A stretch of DNA of 60,281 bases, counting the filler, from Dimargaris cristalligena (Eukaryota): the NCBI GenBank assembly GCA_003614675.1. It is 5 parts of 5 records of this genome, joined end to end, with 100 filler letters (N's around TTAATTAATTAA, not from the genome) between each part and the next. Parts side by side here need not be neighbours in the genome. Positions count along the whole stretch, not along the records: positions 48,315 to 60,281 come from ML003071.1; 4 more parts are not named here. One strand, 5' to 3'. Position numbers and translations under genes: made by a program. The notes beneath the pieces are model-generated. The model had not been told where the DNA came from and did no database searches. It saw nothing but the letters and a program-made list of their open reading frames with translations. How positions within the stretch are numbered: position 1 is the stretch's first letter; every line of letters starts with the position of its first letter. This document shows positions 51,587 through 60,281 of this stretch, one piece after another.

Positions 51587-53498
51587 ATGCCTCCCACCGC
51601 CCGTGATAACTATCCCGGCCTATCAACCCGCCCAGTTTTGGCGGGAAGCTTCGCTGGCCATACATTAGGCACCATTCCCCTTGCCAAACAGCCGTTCAAG
51701 TTATCCCTCACATCTACTCCCACTCCTTACATTATGACTAATCCCCACGTCAAAGCCACATCCTCCGACCAGCCCGAGGGCCCGGACTACCTCCGCATGA
51801 TATTAACCGCCCGGGTCTATGACGCAGCCATTCAGACCCCCTTGACCAAGGCGGTCAACCTGAGCAACCGCCAGGGTAACGATTTCTACCTCAAGCGGGA
51901 GGACCTCCAGCCCGTGTTTTCGTTCAAAATCCGGGGGGCGTACAACAAAATGTACCACCTCACAGCCGCCGAGAAGGCCCGCGGAGTGGTCGCCTGTTCG
52001 GCCGGCAACCATGCCCAGGGGGTGGCCCTGTCTGCCCAAAAGCTAGGCATTCAGGCCACCATTATCATGCCCACCGCCACCCCGGAGATCAAATGGCGCA
52101 ATGTTAAGCGCTTGGGCGCTGAAGTAGTGCTTTTCGGCTCCACCTTCGACGAGGCCCGGGAGGAGTGCACCCGACTGTCCCAGCTGCATGGCTGGGTCAA
52201 TATCCCCCCCTATGACGACCCCTATGTGATCGCCGGGCAAGGTACCGTGGGCTTTGAAATTCTGCGCGAAATCGATACGGATAAGCTCGACGCCGTCTTC
52301 ATCGCGGTCGGCGGGGGCGGTCTGGCCGCCGGTGTCGGAACTTACATCAAACGCATTCGGCCCGACATCAAGGTCATTGGGGTGGAAACCCACGATGCGG
52401 ACGCCATGACCCAGTCCCTACGCGACGGTCACCGCCACCGACTGTCCGAAGTGGGCCTGTTCGCCGACGGTACCGCCGTCAGCATCGTCGGTCAGGAGAC
52501 TTTCCGGGTGTGCCGTGAAGTCATTGACGATATGATCCTGATTGACAATGATGAAATCTGCGCCGCCATCAAGGACGTATTCGAAGATACTCGGTCCATT
52601 CTGGAACCTTCGGGTGCCTTGAGTCTGGCCGGTGCAAAACAGTACTGCCAACTGAAGGGCTGGCAGGGTAAGACGGTGGTCGCCATCACCAGCGGGGCCA
52701 ACATGAACTTCGATCGTCTACGTTTCGTCGCAGAACGTGCGGCCATTGGTGAGGGCAAGGAGGTGCTCATGTCCGTGCTGATTCCCGAACGCCCTGGAAG
52801 GTAAGATTTCCCTCAACTACCATGTGGAACTTGTTATTGAACTACTTTAGCAATTACCTATCCGTCCAATGTCTCCGAAACCCCCCAACTATGCTGGTTT
52901 ATTATATGCTTGTTCAAACCTAATGCCTAATATGTAACAATTATCTCGCCCATCTCCCATCCCTATCTATACCCTCCCCCTTAGCTTCTTGAAACTTCAT
53001 GATACCATCTTCCCCCGGAACATCACCGAGTTTTCGTACCGCTACAGTGACCCGGAAAAGGCCTATATTTACATGTCCTTCAACGTACAGCACCGTGAAG
53101 CCGAGGTCCCCGCCATTCTAGGCCAACTATCCACCTTAGGTATGGAGGCCACCGATATCAGCGACAACGAGATGGCCAAGAGCCACGCCCGGTACTTGGC
53201 GGGAGGGCGTTGTCAGCAGGCCAATGAACACCTGGTGCGCTTTCAGTTCCCGGAACGCCCAGGTGCGCTAAAACTGTTCCTCAACTCGCTCGCGTCCTCT
53301 TGGAACATTTCCCTATTCCACTACCGTAATTTCGGCAGCGATGTCGGCAAGGTTCTTGTAGGTATTCAGGTACCTCCCACGGCCAGCCTCTCCCCAGATG
53401 GCCAACAGCCGTCGGAGTTTCAGAAATTCCTGGATAGTCTCAACTACCCCTACGTAGACGAAACCAACAATCCGGTTTATCAGCAGTTCCTTAAATAA
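51587..53498 (+). CDS. ILV1: Threonine dehydratase (biosynthetic), 2 exons; alternative start at 51734
   Basis: Exon 1 to 52800, exon 2 52985-53498. PLP lysine motif [43 protein letters not shown], and two ACT-like regulatory repeats ([23 protein letters not shown]). Confidence 0.97.
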
Positions 53499-53872
53499 TT
53501 TTATTTTGCGACACAGTCGGGTATTCGCTACCTTTAGTTTTATCATTAGACCAACTAGGCGGGGTATTAGAAAAATATATACTTCATTTATTTCATAATT
53601 ATTTCAATTGTTTTACATGGGTGCAAGTCGACTCAATCGATAGTTTGATAAACGGAAGGACTTAGACCGGCTAAGTAGTTTTGGGGGCATATTTGTACAG
53701 GATAGTGAACCTATGTATATATTTTTGATGTACAGACAGGACGGGAAAGTTCAAGAGAGGGGGAGCTCAGGTGGAGTGAGTTGGACTAGAACGGGTAATA
53801 AGATGCTTGGCCGTGGGTATATAGGCCTACACGGGCGAATAGCCAGCTTCCCCCCAATGGGTCACCGAACCT

Positions 53873-55771
53873 TTACTTCGATTCGTATGATTCTTCGAAA
53901 AGCTGAGTGTCGTCGAAGGGGTCGGCAAGGCTAAAATGCGAGGGCATATTGAAGGGCTCCTGTAGCTCGGTATCCTTGAGGGTCACCCGATAGGCCATTC
54001 CCTCCTTGACAGCGGTGGAGTTCTCTGGCTTCAAATCGGAGATGACATCGGCAATAACATCGGTAAGGGAGGGGCCTCGGCTCATGAGGTGACTCAGGCT
54101 CTGGACGGGAGGCAGCTCATCCAGTAAATGGGGCTGAGCCGAGAGGCTGGACAGACTCGTGTCTGTGCCGGAACCACTCCCCTCAAACGGCAAGGGGATG
54201 GGGTGGCTGGTCACTATACTAGTACCGAAGGAGACTTGAGACACTAGGGAAGTCGAAAAGAAAGTGTCGTCATCGGAGCTCGTGGTACTTTTATCGGTGC
54301 CCACGGTACTACCTCGGAAACTGGTGGCCCCAGTGACACTGTGCGATTGCGGAGGAGCCGTCCCAGGGGAGGGGAGAGTGGCGGGTCCTGTGGCCGCTGC
54401 CCCAGGGCTGGTACTCAGGAGAGAATGGGCTCGAGATCGTCTCGGATAGGACAGGGGTTGAAGGATGGGCGAGGTGTTCATCGCTAGTATGGTAGAGGTC
54501 GATCCATCTAGTGCGGGGGAGCTTCGCGGAGTGTAGAAGGAGGCGGTAGGGACGATCGATTGACTGGAACCCGAGAGGATCGATTCGATGGAGGGGGTAC
54601 GGTAGGATGGACCAAGGTGGCAGGCGGGAGGTCGGGTTACGGTCGCAAGGGAAGCATTGGTCCCATTACTGGCGTCCGAGGAAACCGGGGGCGGGGCATC
54701 GGTTCTCGAGGCATCCGCCAAGGCGATGGCTTGGGTTACCGGACCAGGGGTGTCCGCCGAGTCGTCGTCCCCTTTCCCTGAGTTCGTGCTATGGACCGAT
54801 GCCTGGTCGGAATTGGCCCGAGACCGGTGTTCCCGTTTCGACGCCTGCCGCGTTAGAGTGTTGACTCGCTTAAACTGGAATATCTGGGGACTCACCTGAT
54901 CGGAGTCGCGGTGTTCCTCGCCTAGTCGGTCCTCCTCGCCCCCCATGTCGACCGGTACGGCCGTGACGGGGGTACTGACTTGACTCGCCTCGGGACCCGA
55001 GCGCGCAATATTGATGGGCGGTACCTCAATGCCAATGTCGCTCGACCAACTGTTGCGCCCCATGGTGGACGGCGCCCGGCTGAAGGCGGTATCCTTGGAG
55101 GTGGCCGAGTACATAGATGACAGGTCAAGTTGTTTGGGCTTCAACATACTCGTGGACGCCCGTGACGAGCGGACTACTCGGGCACGGTCAATGACGACGT
55201 TGGGTGACATGGGCTCGCTGGAAGTACCCAACGAGTTGTGGTTGGAGTCCGTGTCGGTGGGGTTCATTAGGTGGGGACCCTTTTCGTTGGTGTCTTGCGG
55301 ACCTCCCTTGAGCATAAGAGTGTCGGAAGAAGGGTTGGGTCCTACTTTGTCCTCCATCCAGTGGCCCGGACCACAGTTAGCGTGTAGGCAGCAAGATGGG
55401 CGGTGTTCACTACACGGGTAGGAGGCCCCTGGAGGTTGTGTATTGGCCGATGACCGATACCGACGCCAGAGGAACAACATAATTCCGAAGAGGAGGATTA
55501 CCCCTACGATGGTGCCCACTGATATACCTACTGTTGCGGGCAAGTTGGACGCCTCTGAATTAATATCGACGCAGACGGCCGTCGCGCAGGCATCGCAGGT
55601 CCGAGTGGCCGACACACATTTTTGGTTAGCCGAACACGGCGGGCATACTGCGACCAGTTGGGCCGAGCAGTCGACACACTGAGGACTATTAAACGGGTCT
55701 TCGGCGTCCCGGCGATGGAGCCATTCTAATCGACCCGATACGGCAAACGGAGGTCGCCGAAGGTCTGGCAT
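53873..55771 (-). CDS. Opy2-like single-pass membrane anchor protein
   Basis: 8-Cys domain CVDC...CPPC...C...TCDAC...C typical of Opy2, then TM (VGISVGTIVGVILLFGIMLFLW-RRYR) and a long Ser/Thr/Pro-rich cytoplasmic tail. Confidence 0.8.
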   Translation of the reverse strand: MPDLRRPPFAVSGRLEWLHRRDAEDPFNSPQCVDCSAQLVAVCPPCSANQKCVSATRTCDACATAVCVDINSEASNLPATVGISVGTIVGVILLFGIMLFLWRRYRSSANTQPPGASYPCSEHRPSCCLHANCGPGHWMEDKVGPNPSSDTLMLKGGPQDTNEKGPHLMNPTDTDSNHNSLGTSSEPMSPNVVIDRARVVRSSRASTSMLKPKQLDLSSMYSATSKDTAFSRAPSTMGRNSWSSDIGIEVPPINIARSGPEASQVSTPVTAVPVDMGGEEDRLGEEHRDSDQVSPQIFQFKRVNTLTRQASKREHRSRANSDQASVHSTNSGKGDDDSADTPGPVTQAIALADASRTDAPPPVSSDASNGTNASLATVTRPPACHLGPSYRTPSIESILSGSSQSIVPTASFYTPRSSPALDGSTSTILAMNTSPILQPLSYPRRSRAHSLLSTSPGAAATGPATLPSPGTAPPQSHSVTGATSFRGSTVGTDKSTTSSDDDTFFSTSLVSQVSFGTSIVTSHPIPLPFEGSGSGTDTSLSSLSAQPHLLDELPPVQSLSHLMSRGPSLTDVIADVISDLKPENSTAVKEGMAYRVTLKDTELQEPFNMPSHFSLADPFDDTQLFEESYESK

Positions 55772-58700
55772 AGTAAATAGAACGAGAGGGCTAAAGGAAA
55801 TGGAACCAGGGCTTCGTGTATAATAACTAGGATTAAGTGCCAGTATCTAAGGATAAAAAAATAAACGATGGTATATAGATAAGATTTACGTCAATTGGCT
55901 ATTTAACGAGGCTGATATCGAGGTACAGAAAATACAAAGCGGCTGTACCAAGGGTCGGCAAACGGGCATAAAACAGTAACTGATTGAAGACGAAGAAAAA
56001 GGGAGAGGGATACAATGGTAAATAAATAGCCAACAAGGGAGTGGGCATTAAGGGCATTGGCAGTAGTTGACGGGGTGACACACTAGATTGCACAAATTTA
56101 GAGGGTTGGCAAGTGTACCGCCCTAGTCGAACAATCGAGACTCGGCTCAAATGATGGAGTCGGGTTAGTTCCCCGAAATGCACTGGGTCGCCGACGCCTT
56201 AATTTTTCTATAAAAAAATCCCCGCCCAGCGAAGATTGGTGGATAGAGGGGGCCGGTCAGTATATTGTCATGTATTCGAGGTATGAAGAAGTATGCACAA
56301 ATTTGTAAAGCACAGCTAAACAAAATTCACACCAAAAGTATGTATATCGACAGTAGAGAGGACCCGTGAGGGTAAAACGGGTAGCTTTGACGCGGTTTAG
56401 GGTTAGGGAAGTGAATGGATAGACATATAATAATTGATAATGCGAAATGCAGGGGGCTGTAGATTAAGGTGGGCGACTAGCTCGGCAATAGGGTATATTC
56501 AATAATTGCAAGTACATAAGAATCTAAACATCAAACGAGAAAATGGACTGTTGGCTAGGGAGAGCATCGGCCTTATATATATATCCTGCTGCAGAGGTGT
56601 TTTGATGGGGCCGTCGGGGAGTAGACGGAAAAGAAGGAATGTATGAAGAAGAGGAACTACAGGACTACTGGCGCGCTAGGACTTGGTAATCAGCAACGCG
56701 GAATGTTGGGCTATTCCTCCTCTACTACACACTGAAAGCGGCCTAGGCTGCCCTTATTTCAGGAAAATCCAGTGCCGACCACATAATGACGATGATGATC
56801 ATCGAATCGGTTGATGTGCTTTTGACTATTCCATATACGGGTGGCCCACTATGAGCCGTCAGGATTGGCCTACTTCACCACCAGTTTCATTGAATAATAT
56901 ACAGGGTGCCTTACCAACGGCCAATTTTATCTTTGTTGACCCGTATGTTCCTTCGCAACCCCCCTCTTCTCCCTCCATCCTCGCCCCTCCCCCTAACAAA
57001 CTCCTTTCGCGAGATCGTTTAGGTTATTTCGGAATTTTTGATGAGCGCCAAGGTGCCGATTACACCCTTCTCCTCTACTCCTTCCCGACACCCGTGAAGC
57101 GGTATGACAAATGCCCCAATTGAATCGGTCGGATCTGCTCTTTGACTTAAATAGCGCACCCTCCCTTGGACAGCGGAGGGTAAGTGGTAATCCCGCTACC
57201 CATATATTTCACGCTGCCAGTAGTAAGCTTACCAGCCTATGTGTTACTACGGGAGTTTCATGTTCACTGGCAGGCGTGATGGAGGAAGACTATGGTTTTC
57301 ACGAAGGACAGAGGAAATGCAGCTGGATTCGGATTAGCACTGGTTACTTTATTGGCCGTTTGTTTTTACGAAGGTGGTTGGCTAAACGGGGAGGACCCTA
57401 CAGGTACTGCCCCATCTCCGTTCTTCCGTTCAATCGAAGATTCAATATACCAATAAGGCAGCTGGTGGGCATCTACCGCCTCCCTCTCCCCCCATTCCTA
57501 TGTTACCAGGATCGACCTATATGGCCCAGAGGCCTGTTTCTACCAATTTTTAGAGATTTGGATGAATTTCATAGCTAATACAGAGCGGCTGCAATTACGT
57601 GAGCACATCGAGTAAGCGCCAAGGGCCCTGTTAATCCCAGCCAAGCAATGATAGGTATACAGAAACCCGTCAGCTTCACCGAGTACCTTTAAAGTACATG
57701 GTGCTTCTTAGCAACGAATATGTATAGTTTAAGTGGCCTTGCCTGTTGTTTTTTGACAGTACGCAGTCAGTCAACTCGAAGGGGCTATAGTATTGAATTG
57801 TAGAGACAGTATTCCGCCACATTGTGGAGGACGGGGAATAAAGAAATGTTAATATAACTTGCCAATTTACCATGCCCCTACTTTTGGTGCCGACAAAGTT
57901 GGCGACGGGGCTAGCTATACCACCTATACACCAGCCAAGTTTTTTAATATGGTTTCAGGTTTACAGGGATCTATAGATACGATGCCCTTTATAAATATAC
58001 GGGATCAGATGGGAAGGAATATATTAAATTTATACCATCAAGTCCCGGGCGAATCAATCCGGGACCCGTTTGTCCACGATAGTAAATCGGTAGCCAATGG
58101 TGCCGCCCTCGAGCTTCACGGATTAAACCTCCCTGTTTACTAGGGGGCGGTTCACCTCCCAACACTTCCCGATGCACCAACGGCTTACACTCCTATAGAA
58201 CAATAGAGTGTAGCGGGTAGGGGGCAATTTTTAAAATAGTACCTGACCGCGGGACTGAGACTGTGGCTATTGCTGACCAGGCGGACAAAATAGCTAGAGA
58301 AGATAGCTACATAGAGTGGCTGACATTATTAGAGGTTGATTAGGAAAAAGTTGGTATCATTGTTTAACTTGGGTTTACTCATTGAATGTGCTCTAAAAAA
58401 GATGGTACTTAATATAAGTATAGGCGAGTAGCTTTTGGCAACGCCATTGCAATCGAAAGGACGGGTGGCCTGTTTACATCCCTGCAACTGAAAAAATAAT
58501 AATGCAAGGTCTGGTATGAACTCAGGGTTATACAGGGGGGGACTGGTCCAAATCCACTGGCCGGAAAGAGAGGGTAGGTATTGAACCATGCTATGACTAT
58601 AGTGGTGGGAGGAGAAGGATGGAGAGGGAGGGATACAAATACAACAATGGAAAATGGGGACGAGGAATGGCCGGAAAATAATCATCTGAGACCAAATGGT

Positions 58701-59091
58701 TAATCATCTAGTTGCTGAACAATAACGAGTATATATTACAGTGGAAATGCGGATAGACAAGCTAGGGCGTGCCAGTCTGTTTCACTAATGAACTGCCTGA
58801 CCCTTAACCTTCTTTGGCCACATCATATGCTCAATTATGCATTGAATTATATCATCATAAGCAGAATCTCTGACTCTTCAATAGTTCATTTGCATGGCGG
58901 ATATCAATATCTTACTAACATTTATAAAATACACCATGGATATATAATCCCATCCCATATAAAATATATACAAAAAGGTCTTGAATAACCTTCATATTAT
59001 CCTTTAATCATTCACGGATATCAATGAAAAGATGGGTATCTTCTCAAACATTTGAGAAAACTAACCTGAATCAATAATAAAAAATTGGTAT

Positions 59092-59971
59092 TGTCAGCCC
59101 TCCTAGTCTGACTTAATCCAGACCTAATGTGACAGGGGCATGGTGGACCATAGGTTTACCAGTTGTGCTTGGATCCAAGGTGGGATATGGGGAACTCAAA
59201 TGATTCCTTTTAGAATAATATGAAATCTGTAATAAAGTTAAATATTTTATTGAAACACACTTTTTCCTGAATTCTGGGTCGATCTGGCTAATTTATAATT
59301 TTGGTTTGATTAAGGTTTTGGCTCCGGTACTTATCACGCTTGCTTCGCCCATTGAGGGCCCAGCCAGGATTCAATCACGTGATGGGGGAGATGGTCAGGC
59401 TGGGGGTTCATTGTGCAGTTATACTAACAATTGCCCATCCTTATTAGGCCTTATAGTGCCCTATAAACCTTCCCATAGTCACCCACAGTACTATGGTTCA
59501 TCATTTATTATATATCCCCACCCATTCCAACCCCAATGCTTTGTACCCCAAATACTCAACTTGTGGATCCAAGACTCTTCCCATTCCCATGAGAGTCTTC
59601 CCGATGTGAAGTCATCTGGTCAGCTTCTTTACTTCCATACCTTAGTCTTAGTAGTATTTCCTTTGTGACCCCCCTCTGGAGCCATCCCTGTGTATATATA
59701 ACCAGGCCCCACTGGGACTGGTTCAATTCCTGAGCTTATTCATATCCCCCAGTTTACCTCAATAAACTCTATATATACTCACCCCCTCATACTAACTAGT
59801 AAGTGTACCTACTGCATGTCCCAGACATTTACCTGCATTGTCCTTTATTAGTTAGTACTATGCCCCCATCTTAATACTAGTAGCTTGCTTGGCTGAGCCT
59901 AAGCCCCACCTACTGTTAGAAGCCTATCCTTGGGACTCTTGATAGACCAAGAGTGGTTAACCCAGGCAACA
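59092..59971 (+). mobile_element. Solo LTR (880 bp) with 5-bp target-site duplication
   Basis: Starts TGTCAGCC and ends GGCAACA; flanked by GGTAT at 59087-59091 and 59972-59976. Internal TATATATA near 59693 and AATAAA at 59761. Second copy at 47822. Confidence 0.88.
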
Positions 59972-60281
59972 GGTATGTTGGAATGAACCTCTTTGACTCA
60001 CTAATACAGGGTCCAACAATATATCTAAAGGGATATCAATATTAAAATAATGCACTCATGCTAAGCTATGGGAGTTATGTTCTATAGCTTTACTATTAAT
60101 AGGCTATGGTGGTTGCCCTTGAATGTGGCGGCTTATTGGACCTATAGACTAACAGGCTGATAGCCCTAGGCCCCCGAATTAACCCAATGCTACGTATCAC
60201 TCGATTTCAAATAACAATATAGATTTAGTGTAGTGCAGAGCACTAAATGTGCTTAGAATTTTTCAGTTGTGGCCATATGTC

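Overview
Eukaryotic, intron-containing fungal genomic scaffold. The GT-AG introns, gene content and GC-rich coding versus AT-rich intergenic DNA suggest an early-diverging lineage such as Zoopagomycota/Mucoromycota; this taxonomy is inference only. Four ~100-nt scaffold gaps each carry an artificial TTAATTAATTAA spacer. Genes I could reconstruct: a CBS-PB1-TM protein (5' partial), a secreted His-brace/LPMO-like protein, a J-domain plus TMEM185-like membrane protein, COP9 subunit CSN1 (6 exons), UTP18, RVB1, eIF2B-gamma, a FAM210/DUF1279 protein, a 7-exon Fta4-like kinetochore gene mostly missed by the ORF track, an NDUFA4-like small protein, a small protein with a metallothionein-like tail, a LITAF-domain protein, ILV1 and an Opy2-like membrane protein. 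Also present: an 880-bp solo LTR with a perfect 5-bp target-site duplication, a second inverted partial copy, and a probable frameshifted orphan pseudogene. Best leads: the LPMO-like secreted protein of unclear family, a triplicated Mtr4 arch-interacting-like motif in UTP18, the DnaJ-TMEM185 fusion, the hidden Fta4-like gene and the CpG-decay signature in the LTRs. All family calls come from recalled motifs; no database search was run.
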